A stretch of 61,609 bases of DNA from Octopus bimaculoides (lineage: Eukaryota). Each line of letters begins with the position of its first letter. Within the stretch, counting starts at the first letter, position 1. Shown piece by piece: positions 1 through 12,200 of this stretch. The stretch is taken from NCBI RefSeq assembly GCF_001194135.2, contig NC_068985.1:101048469-101110077 (forward strand). The letters run 5' to 3'. The notes beneath the pieces were generated by a model. It did not search any database and was not told where the DNA came from. It saw nothing but the letters and a program-made list of their open reading frames with translations. The position numbers and the translations under genes are program-made.

Positions 1-58
1 ATATATATATATGGCTATTCTGGCAATCAATGAATTAGATCCTCCGGCTATTTCCCTC

Positions 59-59
<1 letters not shown>

Positions 60-99
<40 letters not shown>

Positions 100-126
100 A
101 TATCTATCTACCTATCTATCTACCTT

Positions 127-180
<54 letters not shown>
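60..180. repeat. (CTAT)n tetranucleotide microsatellite
   Basis: Near-perfect CTAT run; source of the SIYL-repeat ORF 11..265. Confidence 0.95.
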
Positions 181-181
<1 letters not shown>

Positions 182-328
182 GTCAGTCTATCTGTTTGTC
201 TGTCTGTCTGTATGTCTAACTTCCCCCGTACCTACATATTTATATACCTGTACGGGGATTGCTAGAAATATAAGTCAAAACGATCCATTAGCCACAAAAC
301 GCATTAACTCACTAAGCTGACGAATAAA

Positions 329-394
329 ACAGAGCTCCCTACTGTAGTGAGACAGAGCTCCCTACTGTAGTAAGACAAGGCTCTCTACTGAAGA
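329..394. repeat. 23-bp tandem repeat, about 2.9 units
   Basis: ACAGAGCTCCCTACTGTAGTGAG (329-351), ACAGAGCTCCCTACTGTAGTAAG (352-374), degenerate ACAAGGCTCTCTACTGAAGA (375-394). Confidence 0.85.
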
Positions 395-3112
395 TGCAAC
401 TATACCCATATCACGTAATTTCGAATGGTGATGCATAGCATCTCAACTGTCGTTATTGAATCTTACTGCCCGTAGGGTTAAACTCAATTGCATTTGCACA
501 ATAAAAGTATATACCTACATTACTATATATGTGCATCCATCAAAACTTAAATTACGTGAATTGTTTTACATTTTCTTCCTTTCCTATTCATAATTTAACC
601 GTTCGTGTTGGTGCATAATTTCCGAGCAGATATTTTGAAGTATCCGTATGAGTATTTTTATAGGTTCGACAAAAAGACACACTTTGATGGGATTAAGAAA
701 TTTAAAATCTGAATGAACGGAAAGCATATACTATTATGTCTGTTTTCCTGTGTGTGCGTGCGTCTGTGTATATATACGTTTGATAGCAGGCGCGCAGGTG
801 TGAGTGTATGGTTGTGGGTTTGTATGAATTTCTTTTCTTTTTGTATATGGGCATATATGATTTGCGCGCCCCTGTCGTGCCAGTGTGTATATATGATAAA
901 AACTAGGCAGAAATTTTCGTGGAGCATATATTTCTATTTATCAAAACCAGATTGTTATTATAACTGCTTGAGACATATACAAATGTCTTAATTTTTGTTG
1001 AAACACACATAAACTCCACACAAAACACACACACATACACAATCAAACACACAAACGTATATNNNNNNNNNNNNNNNNNNNNNNNNNNNNNNNNNNNNNN
1101 NNNNNNNNNNNNNNNNNNNNNNNNNNNNNNNNNNNNNNNNNNNNNNNNNNNNNNNNNNNNNNNNNNNNNNNNNNNNNNNNNNNNNNNNNNNNNNNNNNNN
1201 NNNNNNNNNNNNNNNNNNNNNNNNNNNNNNNNNNNNNNNNNNNNNNNNNNNNNNNNNNNNNNNNNNNNNNNNNNNNNNNNNNNNNNNNNNNNNNNNNNNN
1301 NNNNNNNNNNNNNNNNNNNNNATATATATATATATATATATACACATATATTGAGGTATGCGTATCTGTCTATCTATTGAATATCTATATGTCTATCTAT
1401 CCATCTATGTGTGTATACACACACACACTCACTCATTCACATACATACACACACACACACTCGCTCACACACACACACACATACATTGTATGCTCACAAA
1501 TAACTATATAGCTATCTATCTCTTTCTACTAACATTCTAATAAATCGCACATATGCCCGTGCGCATACCTTCACGTATAATCCTGTTTCTTCTTAAGAAC
1601 AAATAAACTGCATATAAATGGCGGAAAATGTAAAAACAACGGAACGTATTCCTAGCTGTATCTCTTTTTTTTACCCCATTATTTCCAGTTAGCACTAGGT
1701 CACAAAATTATGGCTTTCCATGTAGCATGCCGAGGAAAGCAAACTGCACTGAATGAGAATAAGGAGAAGCTTTTAGTGAATCAGTCCAGTGGATATACTA
1801 AGTCGATTATAATAAGGATGTGACATACTGTATTTAACCACTAAGGGAAACAGAAAATCAAATGAAACACTGGCACAAATTGCTATGAAAACAGACTTGT
1901 GTACAAACATATATTCGCAAGTATATTCAATCATACATACCTAGATATGCATTTGTATATATATGTATATATGTATATATATATATATATATATNNNNNN
2001 NNNNNNNNNNNNNNNNNNNNNNNNNNNNNNNNNNNNNNNNNNNNNNNNNNNNNNNNNNNNNNNNNNNNNNNNNNNNNNNNNNNNNNNNNNNNNNNNNNNN
2101 NNNNNNNNNNNNNNNNNNNNNNNNNNNNNNNNNNNNNNNNNNNNNNNNNNNNNNNNNNNNNNNNNNNNNNNNNNNNNNNNNNNNNNNNNNNNNNNNNNNN
2201 NNNNNNNNNNNNNNNNNNNNNNNNNNNNNNNNNNNNNNNNNNNNNNNNNNNNNNNNNNNNNNNNNNNNNNNNNNNNNNNNNNNNNNNNNNNNNNNNNNNN
2301 NNNNNNNNNNNNNNNNNNNNNNNNNNNNNNNNNNNNNNNNNNNNNNNNNNNNNNNNNNNNNNNNNNNNNNNNNNNNNNNNNNNNNNNNNNNNNNNNNNNN
2401 NNNNNNGTGTGTGTGCATATATGTATATATGGCTTTCTTTCTACTCCTTATGTATGCTGATTATCGATGAAATCTGCACCCGATATATATTTCAAGCAAG
2501 GGAGCGAGTTCCTACCATCTTCTAGTAGAGGACCTAACCACCAAACCGCTCGGTTTGGAGCTATTCGTACTGTTTCTCAGTGGCGAGCTACTGTCCACTA
2601 GAGATAGCAATCCGTTCCAGCTTGGATATAAGATATTTAAATATAACCAGGTATTCATCTGCTAACGAACATACACTTTCCATCTAACAACATTCTTTTG
2701 TGAAATCCTATTAACCGAGGAGGACACATCTAAATAGTCGTATCTGATTACAAATTTCTAAATGTATGAATAAATTCTGAACAATAACATAAGGCCACAT
2801 TTAACCAATACAATTTCTCCATAGCACTCCATCAGAACATTTTCCATACACCCTAATTGGCATTGAACAATGCTTAACTAAGAACATTTAAAATTAGGAG
2901 AACTATAAAAGCCCAGAGGAATTCTAGTATATGACAATCTGATGATGGCTGCGCTGTGCGAATCCTCAAAGTCAGAATCGATAAAACAGTTGCAAAAGTA
3001 TACTAAATGTGAAGTCCACCATTGAGCAATCCTTCAGTTTAATACTATAAGAACATACAAATGCAAACACATATAGTTATATATGTATGTATGTACGTAA
3101 ATACATATACAT

Positions 3113-3200
<88 letters not shown>

Positions 3201-3291
3201 TTACATAGTCGGATATGATTTCTATGGATTATCTATAAAAACAAACATAGACATGCGTTTGTGTGTTTATCTGTGCTTCACTCTCACATGC

Positions 3292-3550
3292 GAAGGCATA
3301 CGGCTTCGTGGTCAATGCGTTGGACTTAGAATCGTGAGGTCGTAAATTTGATTCCTAGTGCGAGTTTTGTTTCTGGTCCTTGAGCAAGACTCTTTATTTG
3401 ATGTTGCTATACTTCACTTGCCTGTAGAAATGAGTTGCGACGTCACTGGTGCCAATGTGTATAGGCCTTTGCGTTTACCTCGGAGAACATCCGTGACGTA
3501 GAGAGGGGATAATTGTTTGCATGGGTGACTGCTGGTTTCACACAAACAAC
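3292..3550 (+). mobile_element. tRNA-derived SINE, degenerate
   Basis: A-box-like CGGCTTCGTGGTCAA, B-box-like AATTTGATTCC, then a central GTCCTTGAGCAAGACTCTTT block of the type shared by CORE/V/Meta-like SINE domains. Confidence 0.65.
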
Positions 3551-4849
3551 CTTTCCCCAGAGTGTGCCGCAGATACACACAAGCATACGCATGCACGCGC
3601 ACGCACAAACGCACACACACAAACACGCTTGTTTACGATGCCTAGTGTAAAAATAAAATTTTCTATACAATATTCATTATTTTAATGCCAATTTCAAAAT
3701 TTTTTTTCCGAAAATTCATTAAATTCCGATTGCAAAAATTATGAAAACCACAAATGGTTTGAACATCGGAAATAACATGAAGTATATGGAGTACATAAAA
3801 ACTCTAGCACAGGATGGTCGGCTGGAATATTTTGACAGAACGACGTGAAAATCGATTAAAACGAAAACACCGGAACAATGTAGGTAAAAATGGAAGTAAA
3901 TATTTATAAAGACTGACATATAATGAAATATGTTGGTAAAAATGGAAGTAAATATATATAATGAAACAAACACGTTAACTGCACAGAGTCTGATTAAAAG
4001 TATGATACCGAGCTGGTTAAACTGCAGATGTAGATAAAGAAGATATGGAGGACAATATAAACTTGTGTTTACTGAAATATAATTGTCTCTCATAAAACTC
4101 TTATCGTTCGAAAACTCGTATATCGTAATGCAGATAGTTTCTTATAATTATTATAATTACTATATGCATCATTATCAAGGCTGCGAGTTAGGGAGTTGTT
4201 ATCGGGCCGAGACCTTCTATCTTGCAGTATTTCTGTATTTTCTGAGTACATGTTCTGCAAAAGTTGACATTTTCATTTATTCTTTCATGGCCGTTAACTT
4301 GTGTTCCAGCTACCCACTATGGTCACTGTAATCGATTACACTCGTCCCCGAAAAGTGTTCGTATCATTTTTTTTTTGTTTGCTTTAATGTTTGTTTTGTT
4401 TCTTTCATTGATATACTTCGTTCCTCAGTTGTCCAAATTTACAAGAATTAATCTTATGTGGCCTATGGGGTAAAGCATTTTCTTTTCTTCTTTTGTAAGA
4501 GAAATACTTTAGAAACCTGAAAAATACAATTCAAAATGTCTTCGTCTTCCCCAACCCCGCAGTTTGTAGACGTAAATTTTGAAAGTGGATCAATCTCTTA
4601 CAGATGGTTCCCATTAAGCAATAATAAAAACGCAGAAGTAATTAAAACCAGTCGCAGCAGGATCTGTAGTAAAAAAGAAAAAAAGTAGCGACGATGACAA
4701 TAGCAGCTAAGCAACAGAAGTGACTGCGACAATAGACATGAGTACATCGACAATAATTGCACTAAAAATGTAATCAATGAATTAAAAACATCAACAACAA
4801 TAACAATATAACGGTAAGCAATAGCGACAAGTAGGGCAGGATATGAATG

Positions 4850-6205
4850 AAAGAAAGTACGAATTGGCGCTAGAACTCCTGCAATGCTACCATCGCTACC
4901 TTCACCAATATTCACCAGATTACCGATAGAAATGAAAGTTCGGCAATTAATAAAATCAAAGTAATCATGTTTGGAATCGCAGTGTGACGGATTGAGGTAA
5001 TTAAAAAAAAACGTAATAAATTCCTGAGAATATCTGATCGAAATGTAGAATTAAACATTCTTAAATGCATACGACAAACTTGGACATCGAGACGCGTGTC
5101 TCTCTAGGGACAAATGATACTGACTTACACTTAGACTCTTTACAGGAGAAAAGTGGGAGGGTATCAAGGTAGAGGATGTACGATATACTCCCAGGAAATC
5201 AAACAAATGGATGTCGCTAGGAAAGGATAAAATTCCTAAGTTCTGGTTGAATACCTTCCCAGAAACAACAGATTGAAGGACAGAGTACCGAAGTGGTGGT
5301 GCCGGAAGTAGAGAAAGATAGAGTGAAGGATCATTCACGGTCGTGAATAGGAGGAAAAAGAAAGAGCGGGTGAGATCTCCACCAGAGATCCAGAAAGGCT
5401 GGAGGAGATTGAGATGAAGGAGAAAAGGAACTGGTTCGAGACACCAGCAGAATCAAGAACGGAAGGTAGAGTGGAAGCGGAAGCATCATTACAGCACGAA
5501 GTGCAATATCTAAACATTGATAATTAGTTTAGTGCACCAAAAGAGAGACGAAGTGGAACAAATCACTCGGACATCCCAGGTCCGTTCGCTGAAGCAAACG
5601 AATGTTAAAAAGAGAAAAACAAAAACAAGTGGCACATTGTTACATACGCCAAAATTGCGGCAATCGAGCGGAAGATCACGAAGTTTAAATCAATCATAAG
5701 AACAAGGTTGCCACCGGAGGGATATTCAGAAAATACCAAGGGAATAATTATTGATAAGGAGAGATATTCGAAACTGAAAGAACTGTTCGGAAGTAGTATA
5801 GACCCGTTACAGTTAGAAATTGAATTCGACGAATTACCACCGATTGTGGAGTTTGAAGATCTGAAACCCTTAATGGACTGCTAAAAAGAGTAAAGTAAGT
5901 AATGTTTTTCTTTAAAATTAGACAAACAATTGACATTCAAAAATTAAAAAAAAAAAACGATAAAATGATGCTAACAGAAAAAAAAAACAAAAATAGTGTA
6001 AGAAATATTTATTAATTCGTATAATTTAAGTCTTAAATGGTACTGCTTGAAAATGGGGCTCAATGCAGCCATTTCGTCATGATTAATTTTATTATTTTTA
6101 TAGATCTTTCATTTTTCATTCGTTATATATCTTGTCCCCACTGTGGTATTCTGTCTGTCCTTGTGCTGTTCCCTCTATGTTATGGCCGCAGTGCCAAATA
6201 AAGAA
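4850..6205 (+). mobile_element. Non-LTR (Tx1/L1-like) retroelement relic: 3' part of ORF1 plus 3' tail
   Basis: Frameshifted peptides IKVIMFG, a knuckle-like KC..DKLGHRDAC (5063-5100), FTVVNRRKKKERVRSPP (5334-) and EFDELPPIVEFEDLKPLMDC* (stop 5882-5884); pyrimidine-rich tail with AATAAA at 6197-6202. Family assigned by eye. Confidence 0.45.
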
Positions 6206-6209
6206 TTAC

Positions 6210-6855
6210 AGTCGGTGTGGTATTTTTGATAGTGTTGAATAATTTTTGTTTCCTGTTGGCATAAGTCGTGTTGCGTTTTGTTGTATCTTTGTGGAAGTTT
6301 CTCACCGATCGGGTGAAATATGTTTTGCTGAATTTGTTAAATACCGTTGCTGTTTTGCCTGCGGTTTTGTTGAATTTTTTGTTTGTCTTCTTCTCCATTT
6401 TAGGGCATAGTAACTGAAAAAAGGAAAAAATGGAATGTGAAACAGTTTCAGGACTTGCCAGGAGTTATGCTTCAGCAGCTGGGAAAGGTGCATATTCGCT
6501 TGAAGTGCGAGAAATAAAAACTGAATAAAATAATCTGAAAGAATACTACAGCTAATTCAGATGGAGGGATCCAGTTTGAAGCTGGGCCCTCCAGAATTGA
6601 CAGCCTGTACCAAGAAAAGAACAGTGGTGCATAAACACTATAAACAACGATCAAGGAAATAGAGATAGCTACAGAATGTCTTAAGGAAATTAAGAAACTT
6701 ACAACATTCTATACTACAGGCAGAAAATACGGCACTGTGGAGGTGAGATTTGCCAACGAACAGGAGGCAATAAATCACCCCGCTGAAGACAGAAAAATGT
6801 GTACTCCTGCCTACGTACTCCGGTCAAAGGGTCGCCAGAGTGAGAATAGGCAATG
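6210..6855 (+). mobile_element. Non-LTR (Tx1/L1-like) retroelement relic: 5' UTR and N-terminal ORF1
   Basis: ATG 6430 gives MECETVSGLARSYASAAGK; downstream frames give GRKYGTVEVRFANEQEA and GQRVARVRIGN. SYASAA plus an RRM-like segment is typical of Tx1-type ORF1. Cut off by a SINE at about 6856. Confidence 0.5.
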
Positions 6856-6923
6856 CAGCGGCAGGGGAAATATCGCTAAGCATTTCGCCTGACGTGCTAA
6901 ATATTCTGCCAGCTCGTCGCCTT
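6856..6923 (-). mobile_element. SINE 5' head fragment
   Basis: Reverse complement AAGGCGACGAGCTGGCAGAATATTTAGCACGTCAGGCGAAATGCTTAGCGATATTTC; same family as 7035-7150, 45303-45470 and 55152-55256. Confidence 0.75.
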
Positions 6924-7034
6924 GGTAATGAAAATAATAATCCTTTCTACTAGAGGTAAAAGGCCTGGAATTTGAGGTGAGGGTTACATCGATCACATCA
7001 ACATCAGTACACAACTGGTTCTTAATTTATAGAC

Positions 7035-7150
7035 ACAGAAAGGATAAAAAGCAACGTCAATCTCGATGGAATTCGAATGTAGCGCCGGGCTAAACACCAC
7101 TAAACATTTTGTCCAGCGTGCTTAACAAATCTGCCAGCTCACCACCTTAA
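7035..7150 (-). mobile_element. SINE, degenerate
   Basis: Minus strand AAGGTGGTGAGCTGGCAGATTTGTTAAGCACGCTGGACAAAATG...TTCGAATTCC...GTTGCTTTTTATCCTTT. Confidence 0.7.
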
Positions 7151-7644
7151 TGCTGATAATAAAAACACCAGACCTGTCTTTTCTGATAATCTAATTGTTA
7201 ATTATGTATTCTTTTTCCTCTATCAAATTTTAAATATATCAACATGACTAAGTAAATAAATGAGAAGAAAGGAATATAGTGTTTGAACTCTGTTTCTTCT
7301 GTACATAGACTATTACTGTAGTTTTCGGTTTATTACAATTCTGATTAACTTTAGAGGGATTATCTATTACTTTACATTTAAACCTATATGTCCATTATTA
7401 TTGTCCTGATTAAAATAGTATTATTTTCTCCAAGTCATAACGTATTTTCGTTTGCCATGAATAGTTATAGATAGCGACAATATCTGTGTGCCTACGTTGC
7501 GGAATAGGCGAGTGATTTAATTATTCATGCATAATAATATCTCCGTATGGCGTCCGTTGTAAACTTGTTAAATCTTGATAAATCATAGAACTATATCTAA
7601 GACTATATAAAAGTTATGTAAATGTCATAGGACCTAATGCGATA

Positions 7645-7785
7645 TACAGGTCAGCTTTGCATTTCATCGTTTCGGAGTTACTGAAATAAGTACCAGTTAA
7701 GTACTGAGGGTCGATGTAATCGACTAGCACCTGTACTTCCAGATTCTCAAGGCCTTGTGCCTAGAGTAGAAATAATTATTTTCTT
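7645..7785 (+). mobile_element. SINE 3' half
   Basis: GGTCAGCTTTGCATTTCATCGTTTCGGAG...ATAAGTACCAGTTAAGTACTGAGGGTCGATGTAATCGAC...GGCCTTGTGCCTAGAGTAGAAA continues the same SINE family. Confidence 0.7.
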
Positions 7786-8433
7786 TGTTCTGACTATATG
7801 TTGCATGAACTTTAGAGAAGTGTTTCCCATGAAATATGTATTGAATAATGAAATAACTTTCTGATTCAGAACAGTTAAATGGAATACGTTCGCAAGAATG
7901 GAGATAATTTAGATAAAATAATATCCTTAAAAGGATGTAATGACACAATCGCAATAAACTTCAGCATCAGACTCTGCGTCATATAATTTTCGACGACGGT
8001 GATTGCATCGTAAATTTTCGGACAGGTGTTTTTCAGTAAAGGGTTGCCTTACATCTGATGATTTTCAAAATACTTCCTGGCTTAAATTAATATTTCTTGA
8101 ATTTTCTAGTTTTCGCTTTATATGATCAAAGCCTTAGTTGAATGTCGTTGCCTTTCGTGTCTTTGAGGTCTTGAATTTTTTAGGCTCTTGACAAAGATTA
8201 CCGCTTTGTATTTGCCCCTAAATTAACCATTCGCAATCCTCGTGGAAAGGTATATATANNNNNNNNNNNNNNNNNNNNNNNNNNNNNNNNNNNNNNNNNN
8301 NNNNNNNNNNNNNNNNNNNNNNNNNNNNNNNNNNNNNNNNNNNNNNNNNNNNNNNNNNNNNNNNNNNNNNNNNNNNNNNNNNNNNNNNNNNNNNNNNNNN
8401 NNNNNNNNNNNNNNNNNNNNNNNNNNNNNNNNN

Positions 8434-8485
<52 letters not shown>

Positions 8486-9239
8486 GTGTGTGTGTGTGAG
8501 TATGTGTGTGTGTGTGCGTGTGTGTCTCTCTCTCTGTGTAAGTGTATTTATATAGTATACACATAGTGCCTCTTGATTGCAGAAGCTGCTCAAAAGAGAA
8601 GGCATAGTAGATTGACCTGAATCGAAATGCTTTGGATACTAGACCGACGTACTTACATATTTAGCTTTTTATGTTCTACGTTATATATTTTAATAATTAC
8701 TGGTATTTCCATATTCTATATTTTTTATATTATATATGTAAAACATAATATACACGTATGTACATTGTTATAATTGATTTTTTTTTATAAATAAATACAT
8801 AGACATAATATAATGTATAAAAGTTGATAAAATACCACCTCTTGATCCCCTCCATATTCGTATTGCTATATATNNNNNNNNNNNNNNNNNNNNNNNNNNN
8901 NNNNNNNNNNNNNNNNNNNNNNNNNNNNNNNNNNNNNNNNNNNNNNNNNNNNNNNNNNNNNNNNNNNNNNNNNNNNNNNNNNNNNNNNNNNNNNNNNNNN
9001 NNNNNNNNNNNNNNNNNNNNNNNNNNNNNNNNNNNNNNNNNNNNNNNNNNNNNNNNNNNNNNNNNNNNNNNNNNNNNNNNNNNNNNNNNNNNNNNNNNNN
9101 NNNNNNNNNNNNNNNNNNNNNNNNNNNNNNNNNNNNNNNNNNNNNNNNNNNNNNNNNNNNNNNNNNNNNNNNNNNNNNNNNNNNNNNNNNNNNNNNNNNN
9201 NNNNNNNNNNNNNNNNNNNNNNNNNNNNNNNNNNNNNNN

Positions 9240-9273
<34 letters not shown>

Positions 9274-12200
9274 ATTAGAAAGATCACAATTCTTCATACA
9301 TATATATAGAGAGAGATAGAAATCTGTTATAGGCTTATATGCTTATGTTATATAGTTTATGCGTTTTGTAAAATGTAAAAATCAACCATAACTAGAAGTG
9401 AATTCATGAAAAGATGTTGAATTCAAGTTTCGAATCATAAAGACGCGGTTGTGTTGCAGAGCAAAATTTTATGTTAAAACTCCAATTTCACATACAAGTC
9501 ATATTTATTATCAGTAATGCTAAAAAAAGTCTTTGAAATGAAGGCGAATTGAAATGAAATGAAGCAATAAACTAACCACTATAAATTAAGTTGGCTCGAT
9601 ATCAACGATTAGTATAATTGTTTATGCTTTATTTCGTTTTGTTCCTACCTAAACAAATTTTACTACACGAATCGCAATTTATCTATAAATATTTTAGAAA
9701 GATTATCAGTGATTTCACGCCGCTCTATCATTTATCATCACACAGTTTGTCAAGTGTTATTCATTTTTACTGTTACAATCACTTCTTAAAAATGTAATTA
9801 TGCTCACTCAGCAAATGGTGGTAAATTTTTGTCTCTGTAGGTATTACACATTTGTACTTTAAGCGAGTATTCAACAAATTTCGTAAACCAATTAAAACCA
9901 AGTGGGTAATTACCATGATTGGCATAATGGCGCGAATTGTTGGAATTTAATTTCAGATAATTCCGTTAGCTAAACGTTTAACAATGTCACTTCTGATGGA
10001 ATGTGGGAAGATCCCGCTTACTGAATATCCATTAGAATATTTTTCTTCAATGTTTTCTGTTTCGTGTTTTCGCTGGAAAATGATAGGCGATTTAATTAAA
10101 GAATTCATTAGTAATGTGATATTTCAAAATTGAACAGTGAATTATGCCGTGTACCTGTGCGGTTGTTTACTTAAAATATTGAGATGCACTTCAAAGCTAT
10201 GTCATCATGAATTCAATCTGATGGTAAACAGAGACTACGAATGGAAGTGAAATTATGTAAAATATCATATTCATGCTGGTTATATGTTATTTATCACGAT
10301 TTAATTGAACCGTGACACTGCCCAACGTTGTTCGAGTCGGAATTTCATCGATGCAAACTTCACTATAATAATTATAACCAGATAAACGACTGCATGTATA
10401 CATCTAACTTGCAGAACAGCGTTAGTGTTTTTGTAACTGGAATTTAACAGATGTTTGATGAGTAACAATTCATGATATGAAAAGTCCATCATTCCGTAAA
10501 TTGAATAAATCATCAGAACTGAAATGAACACCATGTTTCATATGAATTTCTTCGCAGGGTGTTGTAGATCCCGAAATATTTGGAATATTAAAAACATCTG
10601 TCACAAGTGGTTTACTAATAGCGTAGATTGATGGCCCATACGATGTTGTGAAACCTAATATTGTTTAGTGATATGGATTATTTGAATTACTCTGTTTCTT
10701 TTACATTTCTTTGTACATGTGCATGAATGGCATTTTACTTTGATTCTATAACGCCTTAATTGTGCATTGTTGAAACAAGTTTGAATATTATTAGGTTCCA
10801 AAATTCATTTCGATGACGGTAACTATCGTTCTTATGTTTTGTCGATGTACATAGATACTCTTCGTTATGTTTTCTTGTGGATAAATTTACGCTGACCTCA
10901 TTGTAAATATCATTGAGTAGGTTAGGTATATTCTGAATGATTTCGTGGTAAACGTTCTTATGTTTTCATTTTGTTAACGTAAATATTTTGTTTCATACTG
11001 GTCCATACGTTGTTAAATAATCTTATGATTTGACATATAGAACAATAGTATGAAAAATGTATAGCATATCTTGTTAGTTTTTCTGCATCATTATATATCA
11101 CTCTCTCTAGTAACTGTACTGCTTCGTTAGCATTTTATTTCCTTTTACTTCAGTTATCTTATCACAACAAACAAAAACACCAAGACAAAGACATTGAATT
11201 TACATTAGAACACAAAAACATGGTAGTTCACAAATATCCTAATCATAGTTACGAATACATTTATTCGAAAGTCACTGTAAAATATCAGACATGTACTACA
11301 AAATATTACTATATACGTTTTAAGTGGCGCATTCGATCATTACTGATCACTCAGTAATTGTTACTATTGATCAAGCCATTCTTATTCAAGTTAGATGCCT
11401 ATATACAGAACACGCATACTTGTGCAATTATTCATTTGCCCAAGGTTAGTTATGATGGGAGTGATTTACTAATATTTGTTTCACATCTGTATTTGCATAT
11501 TGAAAGCATCTGTTAAAGATATGTATTAACATGACCTGACCTTTGTTGTAGCAACATGTATTTTGTACGTCATAGATACTTTCTACAAAGTAAGCAAAAA
11601 ACTCAGGATGTTTTAGCGGTCTATCTTATTCCAAATACGGTGTTCGTTTTCTATAAAGCTTCAAAGATAAAATGATTCCTTTAGACAATGACTTATAATA
11701 AAGTATACAAGGAAGACTAGCAATGCATCTGGCATTGACATATTGCTAAAGCTAAATACTTCGCATATAATGAGAGCATTAAATAAAATCCAGTACATGA
11801 TAATTAAGGAAGAATAGCGTATGACGTGTGGATGGTGCCTTTCTCGTGAACCCTAGTAATTTATTTATTAAATGAATTGATTGGATTGGGAACTGAAATC
11901 AGCACGAACATTTGTAAAACAATTACGTTGACGCTCGCAGATGCTGCTGGAACAATTGTTTTAGGAAACATATATTATCATAATAATTCAAGCTTCCTAC
12001 TTTATTTCCAATGGTAATTGGTTCTTGATCAAAACCTATTAGATTTAATAGGAATGATTATAATCAATTGGATCAATATTAGTATGTTAGCATTTATGTT
12101 ATCGAACGCAGATTGATGAAAGTTGAAATTGAACTAAAATTTGAACTGAAACATTAGATGGTAAAAGCCATCACTGCAAAGCATATTCTTTGATGCATTA

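Noticed and set aside
329-394. CRISPR-like array
   Set aside because: Units are contiguous with no unique spacers, in a eukaryotic context.
388-450. CTGAAGATGC...GCATC hammerhead-like start
   Set aside because: The GAAA box and helix III are missing.
2460-2900. Possible LINE fragment
   Set aside because: No endonuclease or RT motif was recoverable in the frames I examined.
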